Assembly (NCBI GenBank): GCA_965223295.1
Contig: CBDCWC010000002.1
Span: 1,568,001-1,632,000 of the forward strand
Origin: Nitrospirales bacterium
GTDB lineage: Bacteria > Nitrospirota > Nitrospiria > Nitrospirales > UBA8639
Length of the DNA: 64,000 nt
Direction of reading: 5' to 3'
Shown here piece after piece: positions 10,433-22,296 of this stretch; positions within the stretch are counted from its first letter, which is position 1, and every line of letters begins with the position of its first letter. The notes beneath the pieces are model-generated. The model did no database searches, was not told where the DNA came from, and saw nothing but the letters and a program-made list of their open reading frames with translations. The position numbers were made by a program, and so were the translations under genes.

Positions 10433-11473
10433 CTATTCGGTGGATGCTGCCACCTTTGCGAAAAATTCGTTCTTACATTGCAATGTGGATACGGCATCTT
10501 CATCCCAGGATGCGAACTCTTGCCGTTTCAATTTTTCCAGTCCCGCCGCGGCAATCATCGCGGCATTATCTGTACATAAAGAACGTGAGGGAAGAACCAC
10601 ACTCAATCCCTTCGCAACAGCCTGTTCTTCCAATTTCTCTCGCAACCGGGAATTAGCGGCCACACCTCCAACGACCGAAATCACGCTTGCCTCATACTGG
10701 CATGCAGCACGGCACAGCTTTTCCACCAACACATCGACAATTGCTTCCTGGTAGCTGGCTGCAATATCAGCAACAGGCAAGGATGACATTTCTCTTTTCT
10801 GCCTGTCCTTGAGATAATAGAGAAGAGACGTTTTGAGCCCACTAAAACTAAAGGTAAAATCCCTACTTTGTAATTGAGGGCGTGGAAACGAAACCGCTTG
10901 CCGATTGCCTTGTTTCGCCAACATATCAATGGCCGGGCCGCCGGGATAGGGCAAACCCAACATTTTGGCTCCCTTGTCAAAGGCTTCTCCAGCCGCATCA
11001 TCCAATGTCCAACCAATCAACTGATATTCACCACCGCGAGAAACTCGCGCCAGATGAGTATGCCCCCCAGAGGCTATCAGTATCATAGCTGGCGTTGGCA
11101 TACGAGGGTTGGCTAACCAGGCAGAAGCCAAATGCCCATCCAAATGATTGACTGTGACATACGGAATATTCAAAGCATAAGCTAAAGCTTTTGCGAAGTT
11201 CACACCGACAATCAACGCCCCCACCAAACCGGGACGATTGGTGACGGCGACCCCTGTGACATCGGAAAAGGAAATATTCGCTTGACTGAGAGCTTCCCTC
11301 GTCAACACTTCTACTCGCTCCATATGACGTCGAGAAGCCAACTCAGGTACAACCCCTCCAAAAGGCGCATGCGTATCGCTCTGAGAGTCGAGAACGTTCG
11401 ACACAATATGGCCTTCGCGGTTTAATACGGCAACAGCCGTTTCATCACATGAAGTTTCAATGCCTACGATCAT
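10433..11473 (-). CDS. tsaD: tRNA threonylcarbamoyladenosine synthase TsaD
   Basis: MIVGIETSCDET, GGVVPELASRRH, HLDGH, SGGHT, DDAAGEAFDK and CTDNAAMIA motifs. Confidence 0.97.
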   Translation of the reverse strand: MIVGIETSCDETAVAVLNREGHIVSNVLDSQSDTHAPFGGVVPELASRRHMERVEVLTREALSQANISFSDVTGVAVTNRPGLVGALIVGVNFAKALAYALNIPYVTVNHLDGHLASAWLANPRMPTPAMILIASGGHTHLARVSRGGEYQLIGWTLDDAAGEAFDKGAKMLGLPYPGGPAIDMLAKQGNRQAVSFPRPQLQSRDFTFSFSGLKTSLLYYLKDRQKREMSSLPVADIAASYQEAIVDVLVEKLCRAACQYEASVISVVGGVAANSRLREKLEEQAVAKGLSVVLPSRSLCTDNAAMIAAAGLEKLKRQEFASWDEDAVSTLQCKNEFFAKVAASTE

Positions 11474-11511
11474 TGAGCCGTGTTTGTCTTTGAGCTTCGA
11501 GTCAAAAAACA

Positions 11512-11548
11512 ACAAGACCCTCAGAACATAATGTTCCGAGGGTCTTGT
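11512..11548 (-). terminator. Hairpin, probable intrinsic terminator after clpC
   Basis: ACAAGACCCTCAGAACA-TAA-TGTTCCGAGGGTCTTGT, followed by a T-rich run on the minus strand. Confidence 0.7.
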
Positions 11549-11575
11549 CTCTCGTCAATTGTATCTTAGAACCAA

Positions 11576-14005
11576 TCAGACACTCGCTAACACTTCTTCC
11601 TCAATAAAACTCGGTGTCTGATCCGTTAAGACCACTTTAATTTTCTTGGCATCTTTAAAGCGCCCTTTAATCAGTTCTTCGGAGAGAGGATCACCCAAAC
11701 ATCGCTGAATGGTTCGCCGAAGTGGGCGAGCACCATATTGCGATTCAAATCCTTCATCGATGAGCCACTGCTTGACTTCTTCACTGACGTCTAAATGCAC
11801 ACCTCGCTCGACTAACCGAGCATTGAGTTCCCCAATGAGAATATCTATGATCGTCACCAAATGTTCTTTTGTAAGTTGATGGAACACAACCAACTCATCA
11901 AGACGATTTAAAAATTCAGGGCTAAAATGTCGTTTCAACTCACCCAAAACCTCGCCTCGGACGCGAGAGGTATTTTCAGAATCTTCATCGCGCTGGAATC
12001 CAAGCGATACACCTTTTTGGATAAATCGAGTTCCTAAATTTGAGGTCATGACTAAAATCGTATTTTTAAAATCAACTTTTCGTCCTAAACTATCAGTTAA
12101 GACCCCGTCATCCAGCACTTGTAACAGCACATTAAAAATATCAGGATGAGCTTTTTCTATTTCATCAAACAACACAACAGAATATGGCCGCCTTCGTACT
12201 TTCTCTGTTAATTGCCCGCCTTCCTCATATCCCACATATCCCGGAGGAGCACCAAATAGTCTCGAACTGGTAAACTTTTCTTGATACTCAGACATATCCA
12301 CTCGAATCAACGCGTCATCCGTATTGAATAAGAACTCCGCTAATGCACGGGCTAATTCCGTTTTCCCGACACCGGTCGGCCCTAAGAAAATAAACGAGCC
12401 AATAGGTTTTTTGGCATCCTTTAGCCCAGCACGGGAACGGCGAATAGATCGGCAAATGGCTGAAATGGCTTCGTCTTGTCCAACAATTCGCCTGTGAAGG
12501 TAATCTTCCATATGCAAAAGTTTTTCGGATTCTTCTTCTTCCAAGCGAAAGAGTGGAATGCCCGTGATTTTTGAGACAACATAGGCCACATCTTCACCAG
12601 AAATCACAGGACGATTTTTCTCTTGCTTTTTCTTCCAATCTTGCTTGGCATCGTCTAATAACTTTCTGAACCGCTCCTCTTCTTCACGGTATTTCACTGC
12701 ATCTTCAAAGTTCTGCAAGCCAATCGCCACTTCTTTCTCTCGAGCCACTCGTTTCAGTTCCTGATCCAGAGATTTCAACTCTGGAGGAAGCGCATAGGTC
12801 AGCAACTTGGCGCGAGAACCAGCTTCGTCAATCAAATCAATGGCTTTGTCAGGCAAAAATCGGTCAGTAATATATCGATCAGTGAGCTTCACCGCTTCTT
12901 CAACCGCTTCATCGGTGTAGTCTACGCCATGATGTTCTTCGTACCGATCCCGCAATCCTTGAATGATACTAATCGTTTCTTCCACAGACGGGGGCTGAAC
13001 ATGAATGGATTGGAACCGCCGTTTTAATGCGCCATCTTTTTCAATATGCTTTCGATATTCATCGAGGGTCGTGGCTCCAATACATTGAATTTCTCCACGG
13101 GACAATGCTGGCTTCAGCATATTGGCAGCATCAATCGACCCTTCGGCTGCTCCTGCACCAACCAGTGTATGAAGCTCATCAATAAACAATATGATATTGC
13201 CAGCTTGGGAAATTTCCTTCATGACAACCTTCAAGCGTTCTTCAAACTGCCCACGATATTTTGTGCCTGCAACCAAAGAACCCAAATCCAAGGCAATGAC
13301 CCGACGATTGAGCAAATTGTCTGGAACATCAAGCCCAATGATCCTCTGAGCAAGCCCTTCAACAATGGCCGTTTTCCCAACGCCAGACTCACCAATGAGC
13401 GCTGGGTTATTTTTAGTTCGCCGGCTCAGAATTTGAAGCACCCGTTCAATCTCATCGGCCCGACCAATCACAGGGTCTAATGTGCCTTCCTGCGCTAATT
13501 GCGTCAGGTCACGCCCAAACTCATCTAATGCCGGCGTGCTACTCTTTTTGTCCCGTTCTCTTGTCCCTGTTTTCCGTAAAAAGGTGACGGTCAACTGCCG
13601 GGCTGTTAAAAGATTCGCACCCAAGCTTCGCAACACCTTCCCGCCAATACCCTCTTCCTCGCGAAGCAGTCCGAGAAGCAAGTGCTCACTCCCAATATGA
13701 TTATGACCAAGCAAGCGCGCTTCTTCGACACCATATTCAATGACTTTTTTTACACGTGGACTAAACGGAATTTCACCGAATGTCACCGTGGTCCCGCCAC
13801 CCGGGAGGTTTCGTTCAATTTCTAAACGGATTTGTTCGGGAGAAAGCCCCATCTTTTTGATGATCATCAGAGCGATGCCATCAGACTCTCGGAGAATTGC
13901 CAAGACTAAGTGCTCGGTACCCAAATAATCGTTTTGGTGCCGTTCCGCTTCTTCTCTGGCAAGGATGATAATCTTTCTACCACGATCCGTGAATCGTTCG
14001 AACAT
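11576..14005 (-). CDS. clpC: ATP-dependent Clp protease ATPase ClpC
   Basis: MFERFTD Clp_N repeats; two AAA modules ([16 protein letters not shown]); short UVR-type middle domain. Confidence 0.96.
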   Translation of the reverse strand: MFERFTDRGRKIIILAREEAERHQNDYLGTEHLVLAILRESDGIALMIIKKMGLSPEQIRLEIERNLPGGGTTVTFGEIPFSPRVKKVIEYGVEEARLLGHNHIGSEHLLLGLLREEEGIGGKVLRSLGANLLTARQLTVTFLRKTGTRERDKKSSTPALDEFGRDLTQLAQEGTLDPVIGRADEIERVLQILSRRTKNNPALIGESGVGKTAIVEGLAQRIIGLDVPDNLLNRRVIALDLGSLVAGTKYRGQFEERLKVVMKEISQAGNIILFIDELHTLVGAGAAEGSIDAANMLKPALSRGEIQCIGATTLDEYRKHIEKDGALKRRFQSIHVQPPSVEETISIIQGLRDRYEEHHGVDYTDEAVEEAVKLTDRYITDRFLPDKAIDLIDEAGSRAKLLTYALPPELKSLDQELKRVAREKEVAIGLQNFEDAVKYREEEERFRKLLDDAKQDWKKKQEKNRPVISGEDVAYVVSKITGIPLFRLEEEESEKLLHMEDYLHRRIVGQDEAISAICRSIRRSRAGLKDAKKPIGSFIFLGPTGVGKTELARALAEFLFNTDDALIRVDMSEYQEKFTSSRLFGAPPGYVGYEEGGQLTEKVRRRPYSVVLFDEIEKAHPDIFNVLLQVLDDGVLTDSLGRKVDFKNTILVMTSNLGTRFIQKGVSLGFQRDEDSENTSRVRGEVLGELKRHFSPEFLNRLDELVVFHQLTKEHLVTIIDILIGELNARLVERGVHLDVSEEVKQWLIDEGFESQYGARPLRRTIQRCLGDPLSEELIKGRFKDAKKIKVVLTDQTPSFIEEEVLASV

Positions 14006-14095
14006 TGTACCTCCTCTAGCCGATTATTCGCGAAACTTTTCGCTGACCGAATACATTCAGAACTGTCAAGAATTACAAGCAAAATTCATGATTTC

Positions 14096-14125
14096 AGTCT
14101 ATCCGCGACCCCCTAAAACTGTCAA
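14096..14125 (-). promoter_or_regulatory. Putative sigma70 promoter for clpC
   Basis: TTGACA-18 nt-TAGACT on the minus strand, about 90 bp upstream of the ATG. Confidence 0.45.
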
Positions 14126-14319
14126 GCAAGACACAGAAGTTGGCTTGATCAATACAAAGTAGATTTAGACAAACTCTACCAACAAAACTGATTCAAGGGA
14201 AGTCTTAAGAAATAGGAAAATTCTGCCTAGTTTTTTGTCAATATTCATCGCTTGCTATCAACTTCATTAAGAGACTACCATCGTGACTCTTCGGATAGAC
14301 CAGTACACAATAATTTACT

Positions 14320-15180
14320 ATGGCAACATTCCAAACAATCGGCATTCTCAGAAAACCTTCGGCACCGAATATGGCGCAACGGATCGAGCAAGTTCAGGAT
14401 TGGCTGCGCGTTCATCAGAAAACTGTCCTTCTTGATTCTACCGACATGCCGCCCTCTCCATCTTGCCCAGAACGGCAACAGATTGCGAAACAGGCCGATC
14501 TTCTCATCGTTCTAGGAGGTGACGGCACCATGTTGAGTGGAGCCCGTCTCGTAGAACAACGGAGCATTCCTATCTTGGGCGTGAACATGGGCGGACTAGG
14601 GTTCCTGACCGAGATAAATTTTGACGATCTTCCTCAGGCCCTGGAGAAAATATTTTCAGGAGAGTTCCATTTAGACGCTCGATTAATGCTGACCGTTCAG
14701 ATTCGCCGAGCTGACACAATCATTGTAACCCATTCAGCCTTAAACGATGTGGTCGTCAGCAAAGGACACTTGGCCAGAATGATTTCCACCACCGTTTCGG
14801 TTAACGATGCCTTCATGACCAACATGCAAAGCGACGGACTCATTGTCTCCACGCCAACCGGATCAACCGCCTATTCGCTCTCAACCAATGGCCCCATTCT
14901 GGATCCTAGCCTGGAGGCTTTGCTCATCAATCCAATCTGTCCCCACACCCTGTCTCACAGACCATTCTTGGCTCCCAGTACGGTTTCAATATCGATCACA
15001 CTAACGAGTCAAGAACGTGCCATGGCCACCATAGACGGACAGGAAAGACAAGAAATCATGACAAATGACATTGTGGAAATTCGAGCATCTGAACACCGCA
15101 CACAGCTTATTCGATTTCCAGGACGCAGCTATTTTGAAGTACTCCGCACCAAACTCAAATGGGGCGACGGGCTAGTCTAA
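14320..15180 (+). CDS. nadK: NAD kinase
   Basis: LGGDGT, GGLGFL, LND and DGLIVSTPTGSTAYSLS motifs. Confidence 0.96.
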   Translation: MATFQTIGILRKPSAPNMAQRIEQVQDWLRVHQKTVLLDSTDMPPSPSCPERQQIAKQADLLIVLGGDGTMLSGARLVEQRSIPILGVNMGGLGFLTEINFDDLPQALEKIFSGEFHLDARLMLTVQIRRADTIIVTHSALNDVVVSKGHLARMISTTVSVNDAFMTNMQSDGLIVSTPTGSTAYSLSTNGPILDPSLEALLINPICPHTLSHRPFLAPSTVSISITLTSQERAMATIDGQERQEIMTNDIVEIRASEHRTQLIRFPGRSYFEVLRTKLKWGDGLV

Positions 15181-15262
15181 TCTAAGGTGGGCTAAAATTG
15201 ATGAAGTTTGCAATGCACGACAACACTGCCATTTTTTTATAAGCTAAGAGTCTAACCACACA

Positions 15263-15634
15263 CTACGGTGAGCAGTCGGGACATTCACGCCGCTCATCTG
15301 CCATATGAAATTCTTCCGAAGTCAACGGAAAAAGTTGGTCGCACATCTCGCAATAGCGAATTTCAAAGAACGCGACCCCTTCGTCATTAATTTCGCACGG
15401 CAATAATAAATCTAGCGGATCATACCCCAACGTTTTTTCGTCGGGAAATTTCACTACCGCCAAGCGAACATTAAAAAACTCAAAGACACCTTCTTTGCCT
15501 TTATATCGGTCCTCGTGACCAATGACATAGACCGGCTGCCCTTTACGTTTCGTCCGTAAATCTTTTAAGGTCCTTTCCGTGTTCGTCGCACAACTGAATT
15601 CTTGCGTTGGGTTTACGTCACTCATCCTATTCAT
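15263..15634 (-). CDS. Hypothetical protein with C-terminal zinc ribbon (start uncertain)
   Basis: CEMC...CPDC at the C-terminus. Confidence 0.65.
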   Translation of the reverse strand: MNRMSDVNPTQEFSCATNTERTLKDLRTKRKGQPVYVIGHEDRYKGKEGVFEFFNVRLAVVKFPDEKTLGYDPLDLLLPCEINDEGVAFFEIRYCEMCDQLFPLTSEEFHMADERRECPDCSP

Positions 15635-15757
15635 TATCCTAGGTTGGTCATTTTTCAGAGACACACGCCTTTGCAACAAAGCGGAACAGCTTGTAGCATG
15701 GCCTCAAAAAGGAGGTCAAGGCAGTTGGTCCCATAATCAGTCAAGGGAGAGAACGTC

Positions 15758-16108
15758 ATGAATGAAATTACCATTTATCAAAAACCCACATGCTCCACAT
15801 GCCGAAATGTCATCAAGTTGGTAGAGGCAAGCGGCCAACCTTTTACCGCTATCAATTACTATGAAAAACCTTTTTCTAAATCAAAACTCAAGGGACTGCT
15901 CAAAAAAGCGGGTCTCAAATCTTCAGATATCATCCGCAAGAAAGAAGATATTTACAAGCGGCTCAATTTGGCCCAATCCCAATTTACCGATGACGAACTC
16001 TTGGATATTATGATCAAACAACCAGACTTAATTCAGCGTCCGCTCGTCCAAAAAGGCGATCAGGTAATCCTCGCCCGACCCCCAGAAACCGTCAAAGATC
16101 TTCTCTAG
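15758..16108 (+). CDS. ArsC/Spx family protein
   Basis: IYQKPTCSTCR...PDLIQRP motif; GGGAGA RBS. Confidence 0.9.
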   Translation: MNEITIYQKPTCSTCRNVIKLVEASGQPFTAINYYEKPFSKSKLKGLLKKAGLKSSDIIRKKEDIYKRLNLAQSQFTDDELLDIMIKQPDLIQRPLVQKGDQVILARPPETVKDLL

Positions 16109-16165
16109 GGCACAAACCGATTGAAATACTGCACCACGCGACACCATATTGAGTCATCCAATACC

Positions 16166-16357
16166 GGGAAGGCTGAATAATGACGATACCAAGAGTCATA
16201 TTTCGTCTGGAAGCCGGGAACGCTCGACGGGAGCGGGGCGGTTCAAAAAAGTCTGACCAGCAAGGCCCCAGCCATTTTTTGCGCAGGGAGCGTACTGACA
16301 GTACGTGAGCACCGGAAAAGGACGAGAACGCTACTGGCAGCTTTTTTCAACAGCCAC
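16166..16357 (-). mobile_element. MITE family A copy 3 (192 bp, inverted)
   Basis: GGGAAGGCTGAATAA...TTTTTCAACAGCCAC; direct repeat ATACC at 16161-16165 and 16358-16362. Confidence 0.85.
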
Positions 16358-16361
16358 ATAC

Positions 16362-16976
16362 CTAAAATGGCCGTTGAAACGATTCCGAGCCACCGGTCCC
16401 AAAATATTCAGTTTTAAGATATTGATAGGCCTCGATAATCTTTCGTAGTTCAGGCTCCGAGCTGCGATCACCCTTTCGACTATCGGGATGGAGTTTTTTC
16501 GCACGCTCACGAAAGGCCCGGGTTACGAGTGGCAATGAGGCCCCAAACTCGACTTCCAAAATTTCGTACGCCTGAATGGCCGAGCGAACTTCGCCAGCCG
16601 GAGCCATGGGATCTCCGCCTCCACCAGCTGCCGATTTAAAGAAATTAAACAAGTTGATTTTATTTCGCCGGCGCCGCGGACGTTGACGAATTTCACTTTC
16701 AAATTCTTCAAATCGATCTTCAATAAATTCCAGCCGAGACTCTAACCGCTGCGCAGAGTTCACTTCAGCAATCTTTTCAACTTCTTCTTCAACTAGCATC
16801 AGCATCCGATCAACTTCAAGTAAACCCTCTTCCACGCGCAAATAAGCTTCAACCCGTTCTTGAAACATAGTTTCAATAGCAAAATCCAAACTTTTTTCGG
16901 CCTGAGCGCGAAGTTGAGCAATACGGCGCGTCATCCCTGTGACGAACTTTCGTCGATTATGCTCATTGAGGGCCAT
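16362..16976 (-). CDS. Coiled-coil protein with C-terminal J domain
   Basis: AYEILEV...AFRERAKKLHPD...IIEAYQYL. Confidence 0.85.
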   Translation of the reverse strand: MALNEHNRRKFVTGMTRRIAQLRAQAEKSLDFAIETMFQERVEAYLRVEEGLLEVDRMLMLVEEEVEKIAEVNSAQRLESRLEFIEDRFEEFESEIRQRPRRRRNKINLFNFFKSAAGGGGDPMAPAGEVRSAIQAYEILEVEFGASLPLVTRAFRERAKKLHPDSRKGDRSSEPELRKIIEAYQYLKTEYFGTGGSESFQRPF

Positions 16977-17230
16977 AGAATGTGCTGGAATCCCTTTCTT
17001 GGATCGAGGGCGCTCATTCTATCATAACGCAGGCCCCAAGGGACCGTTTTGCATATCGAATCTTACTTCGCAAAAGAATTCTCAGCCATTGCCCACTATT
17101 TAAATGGCTTGTTATCCTCCCTATCTTTACGCCAGTCAAACGGTGATCGTTCTCATGAAAATATTTGGCTCAAAATTTTTATCCATATCCACATCTATTC
17201 CAAACTACTGAATCCATTAAGGAGGGTCCG

Positions 17231-17728
17231 ATGACACACAAAGCGTATTTGATAGGAATGTTTTTTCTACTGATGCCAACAATCCCATCCTGGGCTGTGA
17301 ACCCTGCCGGATACGGTACAGCCGGAGGCGAGTTTAATATTAAAATTACCCGCGTCCCGTCCAATGAACTGAAGGCTGCCAAAGCTCTCAAAGCACCTTT
17401 TGAAGCTACAGCCGAAATCCTTGCCGAAGGCAAAGAAATCTTTCTTGGCCGAGGAGGTTGCATTAGTTGCCATGGCGCCGAAGGGAAAGGAGACGGAGCG
17501 GCAGCAAAAAACTTGCCTATTCAACCACGCAATTTTACCAACCCGAAATTTAACAAGTACCGCACACCAGGGGAAATGATGTGGGTCCTGAAGAATGGCA
17601 GCATGGGACAAACCGGTCGGGTACCCGGGACCGGAATGCTACCCGTTGTTCAACCCAATGGCTTCATTTCAGAAGCTGACGGCTGGAAAGTTCTCCTCTA
17701 TGAACGCAGTCTTGGCGAGAAAAAATAA
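17231..17728 (+). CDS. Monoheme cytochrome c, exported
   Basis: Signal peptide; CISCH heme motif; PRNFT; downstream Met ligand candidate (GMLP); AGGAGG RBS. Confidence 0.9.
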   Translation: MTHKAYLIGMFFLLMPTIPSWAVNPAGYGTAGGEFNIKITRVPSNELKAAKALKAPFEATAEILAEGKEIFLGRGGCISCHGAEGKGDGAAAKNLPIQPRNFTNPKFNKYRTPGEMMWVLKNGSMGQTGRVPGTGMLPVVQPNGFISEADGWKVLLYERSLGEKK

Positions 17729-17807
17729 TGTCTGACTGTTCATACCTATTGTTAGGAAGCCTGAAAAACACGCTCAATCATTCTAGAGATGGGATCAGCT
17801 TTTCTTT

Positions 17808-20800
17808 ATGTCTCATACTTCAAGTGACCGACAACCTAATCGACTGATTCACGAAACCAGCCCGTATCTTTTGCAACATGCCTATAATCCGGTGGATTGG
17901 TTCCCCTGGGGTGATGACGCTCTCAAACAGGCAAAAGAACAGAAAAAGCCGATTCTCTTGTCGGTTGGCTATTCGGCCTGCCATTGGTGCCACGTCATGG
18001 AGCGTGAATCATTTGAAAATGATGGCATCGCTCAATTGATGAACAAATATTTCATCAACATCAAAGTTGATCGTGAAGAACGCCCCGATATTGATGAAAT
18101 ATACATGCAAGCCACCACCGCCATGAACCAAGGGCACGGCGGATGGCCCATGACCGTGTTTCTGACGCCCGATCAAGAACCAATTTTTGCAGGAACCTAC
18201 TTTCCCCCTACTGACAAATGGGGAAGGCCTGGCTTTGGATCGATCGTCACTAATATCGGAGAAGCCTGGATTAAAGATCACTCAAACATCGTGCAACAAG
18301 CCGAACGCTTTACCTCTCGACTACGTTCAGCACTGCAACCCGCTTCCCCGTTAGCCGTTGGTGAAGCTGATATTGAGAGCGCAGTCAAACAGTTTGCCCA
18401 TGATTTCGATGCCCGCTATGGAGGCTTTGGCCGCGCGCCAAAGTTCCCGCCAGCCACAGGCCTCTCCTTTCTGCTTCGCCAGTACCATTGGAGTCGGCAA
18501 GAGCAAATTCTCACCATGATCACAAAAACCTTGGACGGGATGGCCTCTGGAGGCATGTACGATCATGTCGGCGGCGGCTTTGCCCGCTACTCCACGGATG
18601 ATGAATGGCTGGTCCCGCACTTTGAGAAAATGCTGTACGACAATGCCCTACTTGCCCGCACCTACGTCGAAGCGTTTCAAGTTACGGGCTTGAAACGCTA
18701 CCGCAAAGTGGCCACGGAAACCTTGGATTATATTCTCCGCGAAATGACCGCCCCTGAAGGCGGGTTCTATTCCGCAACGGATGCTGACAGCGAGGGGGTC
18801 GAGGGTAAGTTTTTTGTCTGGACACCGGAGCAAATTCGAGAAATCGTTACCAACGAAAAAGATGCGGCCTGGTTTTGTGCCTATTATGACATTGCCGAGG
18901 AAGGGAATTGGGAGCAGGCTAGCATTCCCCGTACACCCCAATCGATTGAGAGCGTTGCAAAAGAAGTGGGATGTTCAGCAGAAGAGCTTCAGGCAACCAT
19001 TGATTATGTTCGCCCCTTGGTCTACCAAGCACGCCTTACACGCATTCCGCCAGGCCTGGATGACAAGATCATCACGGCGTGGAATGGCATGATGATCGGC
19101 ACCATGGCCGAAGCTGGACGAGTTTTGAACCATCAGCCTTACCTTGACAGCGCAATTCGAGCGACAGATTTTCTTCTTACGACACTTTCCAGACCAGAAA
19201 ACCGTTTATGGCGAACCTATCGCAAGGGCAAAGCCCATCTGAATGCCTGTTTAGAAGATTACGCCTATGCGGCCGAAGCCATGTTAGAAGTCTATGAAGC
19301 CACAGGCATTGAACGCTATCTTCATGAAGCCGTTGCCTTAAGTGAACGAATTATCGAAGACTTTGAAGATCGCGAACATGGCGGGTTTTTCACGACTGCG
19401 GCTGACCATGAGACCCTTATTCTTCGAGGCCGGGAAGGCGCCGATGGCGCGACTCCAAGTGGCAATGCCGTGGCCGCCGCAGTTCTCGCTCGTTTATCGT
19501 TTCATTTTGATCGAGAGGATTTTCGCAACGCCGCCACAAATGCCGTTCGAGCCTATGGTCAACAAATTGGCCAGGTTCCACGTGGATTCCCTAAGAGTTT
19601 GATGGTCGTCGATCTCCTACTTCGTGGCCCAATAGAACTAGCCTTGGTCGGTGGGACCGACGCTCAGTCCTACACTCAACTCCGCAAAGCCATGAATAGT
19701 TGCTTCGTTCCGTATCGTGTTATAGCCCATCATCAAGATGTTGAGGCAGACACTTCACATCCGTTATTAACGGGGAAAACACCCGTCGATGGACAGGCAG
19801 CTTTATACCTCTGTAAAAATTTTTCCTGCCAAACCCCAATTACCAATCCGGAAGTAGTCCCGTCCGCGCTACAACATTTTCAAAGACCATCAACGCAAAC
19901 AGAAGGAACACAACAGTCCCTCACCACCAAAGGGCTACCGGGACATGCTACGCCACAAGGCACCGGAAGGTATGTCGCAAACATCCTAGGAAGCGCTCGG
20001 AGTACACGCCCGTCTCCGCACGGCTACACGAGGCTGGGATCCACGGGATTGACCACTTCTCGAATCGGCTTCGGTGGCTATCGAATCAGTCTAGAAGTTG
20101 ACGACCACCGAAACGCATTAGAGAAAGCCTTACAAGAAGGCTGCAACCTCATTGATACTTCCACTAACTATGCCGATGGCCAAAGTGAACGCTTGGTGGG
20201 AACGGTCGTCAAAGACCTTATTGCCAAGCGATTTATTGCACGAGAAGAAATTATCATTGTCTCAAAAATCGGATATGTCCAAGGAAAGAATCTTGCACGA
20301 GCGGAAGCTCGAGAACAAGCGGGCAAGCCATTCCCTGACATGGTGAAGTACGGAGACGGTATTTGGCATTGTCTGCATCCTGAATTTTTGGAAGAACAAC
20401 TCACCTCGTCACTAGACCGACTGGGATTGTCCACATTGGATATTTGCCTCCTTCACAATCCGGAATATTTTCTGTCAGACGCTAAGAATCGCAACCTGTC
20501 CATCAATGCCATTCAACTCAACGATCTGAGACTAGAGTTCTATCGTCGAATAGAACAGGCCTTTGTGTATTTCGAATCACAAGTTGCAGATGGCCGACTA
20601 CAATATTACGGCGTCTCCTCCAACACATTCACAGCTACGCCAGACAATCCTGAATCTACTTCACTTGCACACATGTTAAAGGCCGCTCAAGCAGCCGCGC
20701 AACAATCAGGTCAAACCGCTCATCATTTTCAGGTCTTGCAACTACCAATGAATCTATTTGAAGCCGGGGCCCTCCTCGTGCAGAACACAGGGAAAGACTA

Positions 20801-21518
20801 CTCAGAAACGGTTTTATCGCTGGCCCAACAGAAAGAAATCGCTGTGTTAGTCAATCGTCCACTCAATGCTATCCCAGGAAAAGGCGGAGGCATGATTCGC
20901 CTAGCGGATCCACAGGCAGAAATTTCCAATACCAACTTTGAGGCTCAGCAACCGAAGGTGGCGGCACTCGAGAATGATTACAAACAAGTTCTGGGGCCAA
21001 ACATTCCCCAACCGGACAAAGGCGCATCGCCGTTAGAGTATTTCAATTGGGCAGAAGAACTCACACGAGTCCGTGAGTCAGTACAAAATCTAGAACATTG
21101 GGATCAAATTGAATCACAAACCATTGCGCCACACGTGAATCGAGTCTTTCAATTACTCACTCAGCATTTCACGGGACGTAAAGAAGAAGAACAAATTTGG
21201 CAGTCCTGGAGAGACAAATATGTGCCGGAACTTGTCACACTTCTGAAAGTCATGCGAATGGAAGCCGCTCAGAAAAGTGCCAAGAAACTCTCAGAATTAA
21301 AACATATAATCGATCCCTTATTGCCAGCAGATAAACAAAAGGCATCCTTTTCCCAAAAAGCCCTCTGGACAGTAGCCAGCACACCAGGCGTCACCAGCGT
21401 CCTCAACGGCATGCGGCATCCCATCTATGTCGACGACTCTCTCAGCATATTGCAATGGAAATCACACCCGAACCCCCGCCCAGTTTTTGAAGCTTTAAAT
21501 AAAGGGCCTGTCAATTAA
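17808..21518 (+). CDS. YyaL/SPATA20-like thioredoxin (DUF255) + alpha/alpha-barrel protein fused to an aldo/keto reductase domain
   Basis: [33 protein letters not shown]-terminal [25 protein letters not shown] and LLHNPE. Confidence 0.9.
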   Translation: MSHTSSDRQPNRLIHETSPYLLQHAYNPVDWFPWGDDALKQAKEQKKPILLSVGYSACHWCHVMERESFENDGIAQLMNKYFINIKVDREERPDIDEIYMQATTAMNQGHGGWPMTVFLTPDQEPIFAGTYFPPTDKWGRPGFGSIVTNIGEAWIKDHSNIVQQAERFTSRLRSALQPASPLAVGEADIESAVKQFAHDFDARYGGFGRAPKFPPATGLSFLLRQYHWSRQEQILTMITKTLDGMASGGMYDHVGGGFARYSTDDEWLVPHFEKMLYDNALLARTYVEAFQVTGLKRYRKVATETLDYILREMTAPEGGFYSATDADSEGVEGKFFVWTPEQIREIVTNEKDAAWFCAYYDIAEEGNWEQASIPRTPQSIESVAKEVGCSAEELQATIDYVRPLVYQARLTRIPPGLDDKIITAWNGMMIGTMAEAGRVLNHQPYLDSAIRATDFLLTTLSRPENRLWRTYRKGKAHLNACLEDYAYAAEAMLEVYEATGIERYLHEAVALSERIIEDFEDREHGGFFTTAADHETLILRGREGADGATPSGNAVAAAVLARLSFHFDREDFRNAATNAVRAYGQQIGQVPRGFPKSLMVVDLLLRGPIELALVGGTDAQSYTQLRKAMNSCFVPYRVIAHHQDVEADTSHPLLTGKTPVDGQAALYLCKNFSCQTPITNPEVVPSALQHFQRPSTQTEGTQQSLTTKGLPGHATPQGTGRYVANILGSARSTRPSPHGYTRLGSTGLTTSRIGFGGYRISLEVDDHRNALEKALQEGCNLIDTSTNYADGQSERLVGTVVKDLIAKRFIAREEIIIVSKIGYVQGKNLARAEAREQAGKPFPDMVKYGDGIWHCLHPEFLEEQLTSSLDRLGLSTLDICLLHNPEYFLSDAKNRNLSINAIQLNDLRLEFYRRIEQAFVYFESQVADGRLQYYGVSSNTFTATPDNPESTSLAHMLKAAQAAAQQSGQTAHHFQVLQLPMNLFEAGALLVQNTGKDYSETVLSLAQQKEIAVLVNRPLNAIPGKGGGMIRLADPQAEISNTNFEAQQPKVAALENDYKQVLGPNIPQPDKGASPLEYFNWAEELTRVRESVQNLEHWDQIESQTIAPHVNRVFQLLTQHFTGRKEEEQIWQSWRDKYVPELVTLLKVMRMEAAQKSAKKLSELKHIIDPLLPADKQKASFSQKALWTVASTPGVTSVLNGMRHPIYVDDSLSILQWKSHPNPRPVFEALNKGPVN

Positions 21519-21615
21519 CCATCAAGATATCGCCTCTAGCTTTTGTGCAACTCTCTCTAATAAAGAACCCTGCCGCAGGCATCGGGGAATATCCCTTCAA
21601 GGGATATAATACATG

Positions 21616-22296
21616 TCAATCGCGTTTACCAGGATCGAGCTCGATGATGCCTTTGCGAATCGCTAAAATCGCGGCTTGAGTCCGGTCATAGGCATGGAGT
21701 TTATGGAAGATATTGCGAACATGGTTTTTGACGGTCTTCTCACTCAGATCTAAGACATTGGCAATCTCTTTATTGGTCTTGCCATCGGCGACGAGCTGCA
21801 AGACGGTGATTTCCCGTTCGGTGAGATCATGCTCAAGTATGCCTCGCCTTTTCCCTTTGCCTTCAGAGAGCAACGAAAATTCCGCCAAAATTTTACTGGC
21901 GACGGATGGGTGAATAAGCGACTCGCCTCGTGCAATGGTCCGAATCGCCGCAATGATTTGAGCCGAATCACAATCTTTAAGGAGATACCCTGTCGCACCT
22001 GCTCGCACAAGGTCAAAAATATACTGTTGTTCCTCATACATGGTCAGAGCCACCACACCGATATGCGGAAACTCGCGCTTGATAATGCGGGTCGCTTCGA
22101 TCCCAGTCATTCCAGGCATGCTCACATCCATAAGGATGACATCCGGTAATAAGGCTCGCGCTTGTTCAACAGCCTCACCACCATCTTTAGCTTCTCCCAC
22201 GACTTGAATATCATCCTTTGTTTCCAAAATAGCCGACAGCCCTTCTCGTACCACACGATGATCATCCACTATTAAGACCTTAGTTTTTTTTGGCAT
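21616..22296 (-). CDS. NarL/LuxR family response regulator
   Basis: VDDH, DVILMD, and LuxR HTH LTERE...NKEIA...SEKTVKNH. Confidence 0.95.
   Translation of the reverse strand: MPKKTKVLIVDDHRVVREGLSAILETKDDIQVVGEAKDGGEAVEQARALLPDVILMDVSMPGMTGIEATRIIKREFPHIGVVALTMYEEQQYIFDLVRAGATGYLLKDCDSAQIIAAIRTIARGESLIHPSVASKILAEFSLLSEGKGKRRGILEHDLTEREITVLQLVADGKTNKEIANVLDLSEKTVKNHVRNIFHKLHAYDRTQAAILAIRKGIIELDPGKRD

Noticed and set aside
11474-11515. Long start for tsaD
   Set aside because: It begins in the clpC terminator; the family starts at MIVGIETSCD.
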